A DNA stretch of 64,000 nt from a virus (taxonomy: Duplodnaviria; Caudoviricetes). The stretch lies in IMG/VR virus record IMGVR_UViG_3300025909_000005; one strand, written 5' to 3'. The position numbers and the translations under genes are program-made. The notes below the pieces were generated by a model. The model did no database searches, was not told the origin of the DNA, and saw only the letters and a list, made by a program, of their open reading frames with translations. This document shows, piece by piece, positions 46,194-54,797 of this stretch (the stretch's first letter is position 1; each line of letters starts with the position of its first letter).

Positions 46194-46734
46194 GTCGACC
46201 CTCATCGCCCCCGTTCCAACAGGAACTGGAGGCTGGTATCACACCGACCTCTACCCTGCTGGCATCGTGCGAACGAAGGAGTACATCCGCCGGTGGCAGC
46301 CGCACTCGATCAACATCTTCTCGTTCGCCATCTGGAACGACGAGGAGCGCCAGAACTTCAACCTCGGCTGCCGCCCCAGTCTGGAGAAGGCGCTTGGTGT
46401 CAAGTTCGACGCCGTGCCAACCGTCGAGGAAATGTGCAAGGTCCTGATCCCCATCTTCCGTCGTGAGCTCTCACGAACTGAGCTGCTCCAATTTCTTGGT
46501 AAGCAGATCGCGTTTCGAGAGTGCATGCACGCGCGTGGTCTGAAGGGCAACATCGATCCTGGAATTGATGTCACTCTTCTTGACGACGTGGTGTATAATG
46601 AAAGCTTCAACTGGCCCGAGATGAAGATCAGCGGCCACATCCTGAACATCGACCAGATGGAGCACGTGCATGACCCCGACTCAAGACCGATCACTAAGTC
46701 AAGTTCTCCTGGACCACTGGGCTGGGATCGGTGA
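46156..46734 (+). CDS. hypothetical protein, possibly HAD-like
   Basis: LHLDLESTLI resembles HAD motif I (DxD/ExT). Confidence 0.55.
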   Translation: MTERRRHLHLDLESTLIAPVPTGTGGWYHTDLYPAGIVRTKEYIRRWQPHSINIFSFAIWNDEERQNFNLGCRPSLEKALGVKFDAVPTVEEMCKVLIPIFRRELSRTELLQFLGKQIAFRECMHARGLKGNIDPGIDVTLLDDVVYNESFNWPEMKISGHILNIDQMEHVHDPDSRPITKSSSPGPLGWDR

Positions 46735-46999
46735 GAACGTCGACGAGCAGTCCAAGAAGTACTACAAGGACAAGCTCGAGCACGGCACCTGGATTGTCGA
46801 GTTCACGAAGGCAGACGGGAGTGCAGCCGTCATGGAGTGCACCCTCGATCAGAAGCTGACACCGCCGTTGAAGACCGGTTCGACACCTCGACCGGAATCC
46901 CCGACCCTGATTCACGTTTACTCGCTGGACCGCAAGGGCTGGCGCAGCTTTCACGTGACCACTGTCAAGTCATTCTACCAGAAACCGGAGGAACTATGA
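46670..46999 (+). CDS. WYL_2 / SH3-like domain protein
   Basis: VEFTKADGS...MECTL...VYSLDRKGWRSF. Confidence 0.7.
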   Translation: MTPTQDRSLSQVLLDHWAGIGENVDEQSKKYYKDKLEHGTWIVEFTKADGSAAVMECTLDQKLTPPLKTGSTPRPESPTLIHVYSLDRKGWRSFHVTTVKSFYQKPEEL

Positions 47000-47397
47000 G
47001 CGAGAAAAGCGACGAAGAGCTCAGGGAATCTGTTCGCGCCCGGAGCCTTGGCAACTTCATGCAAAACCTCCAAGCAAGGTTCGACGCAAAGCGCGCGGAA
47101 CTTCTTGCAAAGTACGGGCTTGACTTTGAGAAGAGGGTCACCACGTTCGGGATAAATAAGGCTGAGCAAGGAGTAATCGACGACTGGCTGGCTCAAGTCC
47201 AGGCAGAAGTCGTGGCCAAGCAGAGCAAAGAACAGCAGGACCTTGGCGCAGGCCAACCCTACTACGGAGCAGTTGGAGGCGGCGTGAGCTACACGTTTAC
47301 ACCGACTTCCCTCGGCATGATATTGACTGTCAAGGAAGCCATCACGGGCAAGGAGCTGAACGTCACCGATGCCCTCGACTGGTACTTCTACGACTAA
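46996..47397 (+). CDS. hypothetical protein
   Basis: SD GGAGG; YYGAVGGG.SYTFTPTSLG motif. Confidence 0.7.
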   Translation: MSEKSDEELRESVRARSLGNFMQNLQARFDAKRAELLAKYGLDFEKRVTTFGINKAEQGVIDDWLAQVQAEVVAKQSKEQQDLGAGQPYYGAVGGGVSYTFTPTSLGMILTVKEAITGKELNVTDALDWYFYD

Positions 47398-47416
47398 CAG
47401 AAGAACCCTCACAACA

Positions 47417-48007
47417 ATGAAGAAGCTTTTCCTCTCCCTCGCTCTTGCGCTGACGACTGGTCTGGCCAGCGCCGCCGCAACTGTCGGCATCTCGACTGAC
47501 CTCGATCGTGCAACAGGTACGAGCAGCCTCGGCATCAAGACGATGTCCGAGACCAAGGCATCTGTCACCGAGTCCACCCGAGTCGGTGCTGTCGATGCAG
47601 GCCTGCTCGCGCTGCGCTTCAATGACTCAGCTCGCGCTCCAAACGCCAATGGCTTTGAAGTCGGCTACGGCAATGGCATCAGCTTCCAAAGTGTTGGCGT
47701 GACAGCTCGCATCGCGGCTGGTCGTCTGAACTTCGTTGATTCGAACGGCGGTGGTTTCACCGGTCACACGAAGTACTACAGCGTCGAAGCACAAGCCTCT
47801 ATCCGCCTGACCGACCACATCGACGCCTTCATTGGTGCTCGTCACCGCAATGGCCTCGGCGACTACTACCCGTCTGCCAACAAGATCCAAGTCGGCCTTG
47901 ACTACGCAGTCAACAAGCACTTTGACGTGCGCGTCGGCTACGGTCGTTCCCACCAAGATGGCACCAGCTTCAACGGCGTTGGTGTCGCAATCGGGTACAC
48001 CTTCTGA
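47417..48007 (+). CDS. outer-membrane beta-barrel protein
   Basis: signal peptide, alternating amphipathic strands, C-terminal GVAIGYTF. Confidence 0.75.
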   Translation: MKKLFLSLALALTTGLASAAATVGISTDLDRATGTSSLGIKTMSETKASVTESTRVGAVDAGLLALRFNDSARAPNANGFEVGYGNGISFQSVGVTARIAAGRLNFVDSNGGGFTGHTKYYSVEAQASIRLTDHIDAFIGARHRNGLGDYYPSANKIQVGLDYAVNKHFDVRVGYGRSHQDGTSFNGVGVAIGYTF

Positions 48008-48312
48008 TGCTAGTCCAAGGAATCAAGCTGGTCACAGGCCAGGAGCTCGTCGCTGAAGTTGTTCACGGTGTGGTTGGTGGCGGTGGTGTGGAGCTGAAGA
48101 ACCCGCTCCTCCTGATGGTGGCGCCAGGGAAGGACGGCCTCGCCGTCAACTTCTTCCCATGGACGATCATCGCCGAGGGCAACATCACCGTGAACTCGCA
48201 CGCGATCGTGGCGCGCTACGACGTGCCAAGCGACGTCGAGGCAGCCTACATTCAGAACACGTCTGGCATTCAGATCGTGTCTGGTATGCCGTCGCAACTT
48301 CTGCAGGGCTGA
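48007..48312 (+). CDS. Sm-like fold protein typical of T4-like myoviruses
   Basis: IKLVTGQELVAEV...LKNPL...PW....Y...TSGIQIV. Confidence 0.65.
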   Translation: MLVQGIKLVTGQELVAEVVHGVVGGGGVELKNPLLLMVAPGKDGLAVNFFPWTIIAEGNITVNSHAIVARYDVPSDVEAAYIQNTSGIQIVSGMPSQLLQG

Positions 48313-48313
48313 C

Positions 48314-48544
48314 GTGAACTTCGTCGAAATCTTCGGTGAGCTCCCGCCTGAGCTTGGAGACATGCTCGTAGAGGCGCTGGAGAAAGCGGAGATTCCAGCA
48401 GACGCCACGAACATGGAGGTGTTCCTCGCTGCGCACGCGGTTGTCGACGACATCCTGGCGCACCTCGAGAACTACCCACCATCAACACATGTCTGCTGGT
48501 TGCTGAGACAGGTTCCTCAAGCAATCGTCGACCAGGTATCCTAA
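48314..48544 (+). CDS. hypothetical protein
   Basis: 76 aa, GTG start. Confidence 0.55.
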   Translation: MNFVEIFGELPPELGDMLVEALEKAEIPADATNMEVFLAAHAVVDDILAHLENYPPSTHVCWLLRQVPQAIVDQVS

Positions 48545-48601
48545 TCGAAGGCCGATCACTGTAAATAGGTGATCGGCCTTTCTTCTATCCAGGACCACCA
48601 C

Positions 48602-49279
48602 ATGAAACTCGAAGACATCTGCATCAACGAAGAGGACGGCAAGCTGACTGCCCTCGCTGATGCCGCTGAGCAGCACCACCCTGACATCAAGGACGTGGTC
48701 AAGAACTTCCCCAACACCTACAAGAAGGCGATCCACGTTCTTCTTGCCAAGAGCCGCCTCATGTACAACGGCAAGGCGATCTATGATGGCTCCCACAACG
48801 GTGAAGCGATCGAAGACGCCTACGCAGCCGCGAAGGAAGCAGTGAAGGGCCAAACAGTGGAAGTCGACGTTGACATGGACGGCTCACACGCCGACATGGA
48901 CGACGCCACCTCGTACACGATCGAAGCCGAGGTTGACGACGCAGAGCCGGTCTGGGCTGGTTACTCTGTCAAGAACGGTGATCTCTACGTTGGTCTTGAC
49001 GCGTGGCTGAACGAGAATGAATTCAATGAGAAGTGGGACCATAACTTCGAACGCACGTTCGGTGAGGACCACGACCTCGACAACCCTGACCATGACAAGA
49101 TCTTCCAAGCTGCTTGGAAGACATGGATCGAACACCAACACTTCCAGGGCGTGCTTGTTCGCGTCAGCGGCGACCATGCTGAAGTTGTAGAGACTCGCCC
49201 AGGCGGCTTCCACAAGGGCATCCTTCACGGCCACGGCAGCTACGAAATTTCTTCTCAGAAGATCATCCCTCTCGAATGA
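48602..49279 (+). CDS. acidic late protein with MKLEDI leader
   Basis: TAAATA at 48562; SD AGGA. Confidence 0.7.
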   Translation: MKLEDICINEEDGKLTALADAAEQHHPDIKDVVKNFPNTYKKAIHVLLAKSRLMYNGKAIYDGSHNGEAIEDAYAAAKEAVKGQTVEVDVDMDGSHADMDDATSYTIEAEVDDAEPVWAGYSVKNGDLYVGLDAWLNENEFNEKWDHNFERTFGEDHDLDNPDHDKIFQAAWKTWIEHQHFQGVLVRVSGDHAEVVETRPGGFHKGILHGHGSYEISSQKIIPLE

Positions 49280-49482
49280 CAGCCACGCCTAATCCTATGG
49301 AACGAGTTGCGGCCCTTGAGAAGCAGGTCATTCTCCTGCTGAAGGTGACGAAGGAGCAGGAGACGCGGATCAAGAAGCAAGAGGCGGCAATTGCAGCCCT
49401 GAGGAAGGAGCATGCTGCCCACAAGGATCATGTCAACCTCATTCAACGTGGCGTACACGATCTTCAGAACAGGGTCAAGTGA
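49276..49482 (+). CDS. small coiled-coil protein
   Basis: ATGA overlap. Confidence 0.6.
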   Translation: MTATPNPMERVAALEKQVILLLKVTKEQETRIKKQEAAIAALRKEHAAHKDHVNLIQRGVHDLQNRVK

Positions 49483-49668
49483 CAAGTCAACCTGCACAAA
49501 CGTCCACGCTTTTCGGGCGAAACGCATATATAATCTCATGAACGCAAACCTTACATCACTCGCCGCTTTGGTCGCACTGCTTCCTGGATCAGGTTGCAGC
49601 TCGCTGTCCCCTGCTGCGGTCTATGTAACAAAGGGTTCCCGAATCTAACGAGTGCTAAGCTCTAGACG

Positions 49669-49705
49669 AAGGGACCCTCTGAAAAGACGGTCCCTTTGTT
49701 GTTTT
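49669..49705 (+). terminator. intrinsic terminator upstream of the tRNA-array promoters
   Basis: AGGGACC...GGTCCCT followed by T-rich tract. Confidence 0.55.
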
Positions 49706-49715
49706 CAAGGTTACA

Positions 49716-49898
49716 AAATTTGTGTGTACAAGCACGCAGCCGATGATAGAATAGCTTCATCGGTTGAAAAACTGATAACGAGTTAGGTCTTCCAAACAAA
49801 GACTGCGTCCGCAGATGGACTCTCTGAGACGGGAAAATTCTGCAGTTTGAACACTGATTGCAAAATTTGTGTACAAGCAAACGAAGTTGTTGTAAAAT
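49716..49898 (+). promoter_or_regulatory. tandem promoters of the tRNA array (GTGTAC-N17-TAGAAT at 49724; GTGTAC-N18-TAAAAT at 49869), each preceded by AAAATTT
   Basis: duplicated CAAAATTTG(TG)TGTACAAGCA. Confidence 0.7.
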
Positions 49899-49907
49899 AG
49901 CTTCTTC

Positions 49908-49944
49908 AGTCAAACAACGGTTTGATTGGTTCTTTAACAATTTG
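49908..49944 (+). promoter_or_regulatory. rrn-type antitermination signal: hairpin (boxB-like) followed by boxA GTTCTTTAACAATTT
   Basis: matches bacterial rrn boxA (TGCTCTTTAACAATTT); hairpin CAGTCAAAC/GTTTGATTG just upstream. Confidence 0.7.
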
Positions 49945-50148
49945 AGATGCCAACAGCTTACGCTATCTGGCGACAATCGAGATTGGTTCACTTCATCGCG
50001 GGCTCCGGGGTGTTGGACTAGTAGAAGGTCTCGTAGCTTGATAGACGTAAGAGGACTGTTGGCAGTGGAGCAAGGGTCTCGGTAGCCTTGCTTAAATTCC
50101 CATGTGCCCTCACAAGAACACGTGGAGTCCATCACAACAGTCCATTCT

Positions 50149-50223
50149 GGGTCCTTAGCTCAGCGGTAGAGCCCCTCCCTTACAAGGAGATTGTCGTAGG
50201 TTCGATCCCTACAGGACCCACCA
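50149..50223 (+). tRNA. tRNA-Val(UAC)
   Basis: cloverleaf, loop CT-TAC-AA, CCA. Confidence 0.85.
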
Positions 50224-50291
50224 TATCAAAGCGCTCCATGGTAGCGTAAGTCTTTTCATGCGGCCGCCGGTCGAGCGTTTTGATATGGTAA

Positions 50292-50416
50292 GGTGTTTGT
50301 GGGCAAGAGACGAAGCCGCCTGCGATTAAGTGGGTTCCAAGTCAATGAGTAGCGTCACCCTTGGGGTCGCGAAAAGCGAGCAAACACGCTGGTTTGAATC
50401 CAGCCAAACACCACCA
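50292..50416 (+). ncRNA. tRNA-like RNA with about 55-nt expansion; identity undetermined
   Basis: acceptor GGTGTTTG/CAAACACC-A-CCA and T-arm present; anticodon arm non-canonical. Confidence 0.5.
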
Positions 50417-50514
50417 TATCAAAGCACACTCGGTTGTGGCAAGATCAACCAACGTCTGCAGCGTATCCTGCCCAAGGGATCGTGGTTGCGCCTAGTGTGC
50501 TTTGATATGGTAAT

Positions 50515-50603
50515 GTACGTGCTGTCCTAGGAGAGATAAGTGGATTGTAAATCCGCGGCATAAAAGTAAGTCTGAGTGGGTTCGAATCCCACCGCGTACA
50601 CCA
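50515..50603 (+). tRNA. tRNA-Tyr(GUA)
   Basis: loop TT-GTA-AA, long variable arm, CCA. Confidence 0.75.
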
Positions 50604-50612
50604 ACAGAATTT

Positions 50613-50688
50613 GGGCTTGTAGTATTGGGGTTACGGCAGCGCCTTGCAAGTGCTGTGTCAGTGGGGTTCGATTCCCCCCAGGTCCACC
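50613..50688 (+). tRNA. tRNA-Ala(UGC), atypical
   Basis: G3.U70, loop CT-TGC-AA, CCA. Confidence 0.7.
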
Positions 50689-50796
50689 AAAATTCGCTGC
50701 GGCAACGGTCCTTCATGACGACTGCAGAGAAATGGAACATGAAGGCTGGTCGAACTACCTCCTTGCGAGACCTGCAAAATAAATCGTGGAGGTAAT

Positions 50797-50889
50797 GGAG
50801 ATGTTAGCCGAGTTGGCCTAGCGGCAGCGGTCTTGAAAACCGAAGGTTCAGAAATGGACGTGTGAGTTCGAGTCTCACCATCTCCGCCA
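50797..50889 (+). tRNA. tRNA-Ser(UGA)
   Basis: loop CT-TGA-AA, long variable arm, G73-CCA. Confidence 0.85.
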
Positions 50890-51103
50890 TTGAGTTTGTT
50901 TTGATCTAAGTGTGGCTATTGGTTGCTGACAAAGTTCTGCGCTGTCTAGAGCAAGGGACCGAATCGGTGGCTGATATCGTGAAGTTCAAGTAGGGTTCGA
51001 TTCCCAGCGGTTGAGGCCGTACAGGTGTCTTGCATGAATCGTTTGCCAGTCAGGAGCTAGACCTCCACCGATCCGTAACGGGCGCTTAGATCAAAACGAA
51101 TTT

Positions 51104-51179
51104 GGGGGATTAGCTCAGCTGGGAGAGCGGCTGCTTTGCAAGCAGTAGGTCAACGGTTCGATCCCGTTATTCTCCACCA
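51104..51179 (+). tRNA. tRNA-Ala(UGC)
   Basis: canonical bacterial-like tRNA-Ala with G3.U70. Confidence 0.92.
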
Positions 51180-51263
51180 AAACAAGAAGGTTGTAGGTAG
51201 ACGGTCTCTATGGCGCGTACCCGGAAGGGCAACGGCTACGAGTTGGAACCTTCACGAATAATT

Positions 51264-51340
51264 GTCGGGGTGGGAGAGTGGTCCATCCGAGGAGCTGCAA
51301 CCTCCTAGACGCATCGGTTCGATTCCGGCTCCCGACTCCA
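51264..51340 (+). tRNA. tRNA-Cys(GCA)
   Basis: loop CT-GCA-AC, U73-CCA. Confidence 0.85.
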
Positions 51341-51419
51341 AACATGCAACCGATCTGGCAGGCTTATCGGCAAAATATTCGCCTGTCAAACCTTTTTGTT
51401 GCACTTACACGAGACCTCG

Positions 51420-51815
51420 ATGATCTGCAAAGGCTGCGATAAGGAAACTTCGAATCTGAAATACTGTGACAATGCTTGTCAGCAAGTAGCTCAGACGAAG
51501 GCCAAAGTTGAAGCGTTCCTCGAAGGAAAATACGTCGGCAAATTCATGCAGTACGGGACCGGTTCCTGGCCGCGTAGAATGCTGATCGAACATTTTGGTT
51601 ACAAGTGCAATGCGCCGGGTTGCACTGTCGCTGATACGTGGCTAGGAAAACCAGTCACGTTGGAAGTGAACCACATTGATGGCATTGCGACAAACAATGT
51701 CCTAACGAATTTAGAATTCCTGTGCCCCACCTGTCACTCGCAGACGCCCAACTTTCGGGCTCTCAACAAGGTTTCAGTTAGAACGCACAGGAAGCCCCGA
51801 GCCCCTTTAGCATAG
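51420..51815 (+). CDS. HNH endonuclease (free-standing, in tRNA array)
   Basis: CKGC...YCDNAC; LEVNHIDG..TNNVLTNL..LCPTCH; stop TAG inside tRNA-Thr. Confidence 0.85.
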   Translation: MICKGCDKETSNLKYCDNACQQVAQTKAKVEAFLEGKYVGKFMQYGTGSWPRRMLIEHFGYKCNAPGCTVADTWLGKPVTLEVNHIDGIATNNVLTNLEFLCPTCHSQTPNFRALNKVSVRTHRKPRAPLA

Positions 51816-51875
51816 TGGCACTGCATCCGCCTTGTAAGCGGGAGATCGTCTGTTCGATTCAGACAAGGGGCACCA
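51801..51875 (+). tRNA. tRNA-Thr(UGU)
   Basis: loop CT-TGT-AA, CCA. Confidence 0.85.
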
Positions 51876-51883
51876 AGAATTTT

Positions 51884-51970
51884 GCGGTCGTGATGGAATT
51901 TGGTAGTCTTCACGCGTTGAGAACGCGTGGCTCTTAGAGCGTGCGGGTTCGACTCCCGCCTTCCGCACCA
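51884..51970 (+). tRNA. tRNA-Leu(GAG)
   Basis: loop TT-GAG-AA, long variable arm; pyrimidine mismatches at 5:68 and 6:67. Confidence 0.8.
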
Positions 51971-51976
51971 AGTTAT

Positions 51977-52055
51977 CTGTGTGTATTGTCAGTCTGGTTA
52001 GACGGCTGAGTTTGGAACTCGGAGGTCGCAGGTTCAAATCCTGCCACACAGACCA
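51977..52055 (+). tRNA. tRNA-Pro(UGG)
   Basis: C1-G72, loop TT-TGG-AA. Confidence 0.8.
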
Positions 52056-52083
52056 AGTTATTGTGATACAATGAAAGTTCAAT

Positions 52084-52160
<77 letters not shown>

Positions 52161-52215
52161 TTCACCTACTCGCGTGAAGTAAACGCAGCTGACATCTTCA
52201 ACAACGGAGTATGTC

Positions 52216-52497
52216 ATGCGAGTATCAGTGAAGCAAGTTGTTAACGTAGCATTCGCCCACCATGGCGCTCGTACGTTGTCTCCTGGCTGCCTTGGCGAAA
52301 ATCCTTCGGGATGGACGATCACAGGTGAAGTGATGGAAGACTACGTTGAGTGGGTCAACTACTTCGAAGCAACGCATCCTACTCTCGGGTGGGTACGCGG
52401 CGACTACGAAGGAATTGTCGAAGCGAAGTCGAAGAAGGCGTACGCGCACTTCATTGAACACCACCCTCCACAAGAGTGGGACTACTGGGACATCTAA
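52216..52497 (+). CDS. hypothetical protein
   Basis: 93 aa between tRNAs. Confidence 0.6.
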   Translation: MRVSVKQVVNVAFAHHGARTLSPGCLGENPSGWTITGEVMEDYVEWVNYFEATHPTLGWVRGDYEGIVEAKSKKAYAHFIEHHPPQEWDYWDI

Positions 52498-52566
52498 CGC
52501 CCTTCCTCTGCGTCATGAGGCTGCTTACCGCCAACGGGGAGAGCGTAAGTTAACAGTTGGATTTTA

Positions 52567-52642
52567 GCGGGCGTAATTCAGTTGGTAGAATGCTTCCTTG
52601 CCAAGGAAGTCGTCGTCGGTTCGAGTCCGATCACCCGCTCCA
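52567..52642 (+). tRNA. tRNA-Gly(GCC)
   Basis: canonical, U73-CCA. Confidence 0.92.
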
Positions 52643-52647
52643 AATTT

Positions 52648-53079
52648 ATGACACCAATCCAAGATTACATTCAGCTCCCACGAGAAACAAGACGTTCGCA
52701 TCTTGATCTCACTGCTGAGTGCTCGAAGATCGGTGGAACGTCGAAGGAGTTCAAAGGGCTTCTTGCTTACCATCTTGGAACAACGATTCCATCTGGTCGT
52801 CAAGTTTTCCTCTGCCATGCATGCCATAATGGAGCTTGCTCCAATGTCAAGCACCTCTACTGGGGAACTCCAAAGGACAACTACATTGACTGTGTAGAAG
52901 ATCGTGGAACACTCCATGAAAGAAGTTTGAAAATTCACGGTCAAGAGTTTCTTGCAAAGCGCTACACGAGTGGAAGCTCAGCAGGCGGAAAGGGAAATTC
53001 TGGAAGACCAAAATCCGAAGAGCACAAGCAAAAGATCGCTGAATCTCTGCGGAAGAAGAAAAATGCGGCTATGGTGTAG
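52648..53079 (+). CDS. HNH (His-Me finger) endonuclease
   Basis: LCHACHNGACSNVKHLYWGTPKDN; stop TAG inside tRNA-Gly. Confidence 0.8.
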   Translation: MTPIQDYIQLPRETRRSHLDLTAECSKIGGTSKEFKGLLAYHLGTTIPSGRQVFLCHACHNGACSNVKHLYWGTPKDNYIDCVEDRGTLHERSLKIHGQEFLAKRYTSGSSAGGKGNSGRPKSEEHKQKIAESLRKKKNAAMV

Positions 53080-53138
53080 TGGTAACCCATGACATTGCCA
53101 ATGTTAAGACGCGAGTTCGATTCTCGCTAGCCGCTCCA
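53065..53138 (+). tRNA. tRNA-Gly(GCC)
   Basis: loop TT-GCC-AA, U73-CCA. Confidence 0.88.
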
Positions 53139-53296
53139 AACACGTTCTGGTTTCGCTAATGAAGCGTAGTCAGATAGACAGACGATCCCGTGTAGTTCGT
53201 CTGCGACATGCGCCAGCACGGTGGAAAAGTCCACAACTGTGGCCAGCGAGCATTGCTGATTACGAGTAGGGAGTGAAGCTCCGCGGCCCTACACAT

Positions 53297-53383
53297 GCGG
53301 GTGTGGTCCATAGGCGGGCACCAGCCTTCCAAGCTGGCAGTGCGCAAGCACGCAAGTGGGTTCGAGTCCCATCACCCGCTCCA
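53297..53383 (+). tRNA. tRNA-Gly(UCC) with long variable arm
   Basis: loop CT-TCC-AA; GTGC-GCAA-GCAC variable hairpin. Confidence 0.8.
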
Positions 53384-53389
53384 AATTCT

Positions 53390-53475
53390 GGGTTCTGAGC
53401 AGCACTGGCGACTGCACCGGACTGTAAATCCGACGCCTTCGGGCATACTTGGTTCGACTCCAAGAGGACCCACCA
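53390..53475 (+). tRNA. tRNA-Tyr(GUA)
   Basis: loop CT-GTA-AA, long variable arm. Confidence 0.88.
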
Positions 53476-53480
53476 AATTT

Positions 53481-53555
53481 GCGGGAGTAGCTCAGTGAAA
53501 GAGCAGCCGGTGTATAACCGGACGGTCGTAGGTTCAAGTCCTACCTCCCGCACCA
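53481..53555 (+). tRNA. tRNA with atypical anticodon loop (TGTATAA; possibly UAU)
   Basis: good acceptor, D and T arms plus CCA; lacks U33 in the 7-nt loop reading. Confidence 0.6.
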
Positions 53556-53840
53556 GGAATTTCAGAAGTACATGCCGCGGCGGAAGCACGACGGCTCCAA
53601 GAATTCCCACGTGGCGGCGTGAATCCGCTAGTTTGTATAGTCTGTCACTTAACATGACTTTCGTCGCCATTACGTTACTGGTAGGCGTCAACTCAGGACC
53701 CCTGGCTTTCGACTCAAAATCGAAGGAGATACGAAGCTGCTGATGTCGGTGTTGTGAGAACCTTTTCGTTAGGGGAACTCTCTAGGTGCTTGAGCCAAAT
53801 CTCTTGAAGTCGTGAGGGTGGAACCTGGCGCAGAAATTTC

Positions 53841-53957
53841 GGGGACCTAGCTCAGTAGGTAGAGCACTGGATGAAAACGTTGCTGCATAGGTCGACCTTC
53901 AATGCACAACGAAGTACGTACCGGCTGTCCGAGGTTCGAGCCCTCGGGTCCCCACCA
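53841..53957 (+). tRNA. tRNA-Phe(GAA) with 43-nt insertion 3' of the anticodon
   Basis: GGGGACC/GGTCCCC acceptor, loop AT-GAA-A, insert 53877-53919. Confidence 0.65.
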
Positions 53958-54110
53958 GAATTTGACAACCGATAGATTAGGATTATCATCCAAGCAGGTA
54001 TACGTAGGTTCGAATCCTACACGGTGCGCAAGTGCCGTTCGACAAGTGGTAAAGTCACCCGCCTCGCCGCAAGGCATTTTCCTGTCGCTCCTTTGTTGTC
54101 ACTTAGATTT

Positions 54111-54196
54111 GCGGTTGTGATGGAATCTGGTAGTCTTCCTGTGCTCAGAACGCAGGGCCTTCGGGCGTGTGGGTTCGAATCCCACCTTCCGCACCA
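54111..54196 (+). tRNA. tRNA-Leu(CAG)
   Basis: loop CT-CAG-AA; U.U mismatches at 5:68 and 6:67. Confidence 0.85.
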
Positions 54197-54613
54197 AACA
54201 AGTGTCCTACTCTAGGATTAGTCATAGGAACGACCGGGAAATCATAACCGGATGTAAGCAAACCTATGGAGTGAGAGAGGAATGAGATTTTCCTCACGAT
54301 TTAGCTCACGTACCATGTGTACGAGGAGTATACGGCATCGTTCTGCGATGCTAGCCTATTTGATTGATGCCCTTAGCGGGGACAGTGTGGTGGCACGGAT
54401 CGTTTTGCGGTAGTCACCTATGCATGAAGGTTCTTCCCAAGAGTAAGCAAACGTGAGGGGAGACGTCAATCACCAGTTGTCGTAACTGCAGCCTAAGGGT
54501 ATGCAGTACCGGCGCTTCGCCTGCCAATGGCTCCAGGTAGGGACGCACAGTGTGCCGAATCCGTTCAAGCCGGTTTGAGAATAAGGCTGCGTGCCGAATA
54601 TAGGACCACAATT

Positions 54614-54705
54614 GGAGACATGGCAGAGAGGCCGATTGCGCCGGTTTGCTAAACCGGAGATCCACGAAAGTGGGTCCGTGGGTTCGAATCCCACTGTCTC
54701 CTCCA
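54614..54705 (+). tRNA. tRNA-Ser(GCU)
   Basis: loop TT-GCT-AA, long variable arm. Confidence 0.88.
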
Positions 54706-54712
54706 GAATTTT

Positions 54713-54797
54713 GCACTCGTGGCGTAATTGGTAGCCGCGCTAGCTTGAGGTGCTAGAGGGGAAACCCGTGCTGGTTCGAGTCCAGTCGAGTGCACCA
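54713..54797 (+). tRNA. tRNA-Leu(GAG)
   Basis: loop TT-GAG-GT, long variable arm. Confidence 0.88.

Noticed and set aside
53964-54075. Additional tRNAs after tRNA-Phe
   Set aside because: Only a T-arm (GTAGGTTCGAATCCTAC) and a separate D-arm-like fragment; no complete cloverleaf or CCA.
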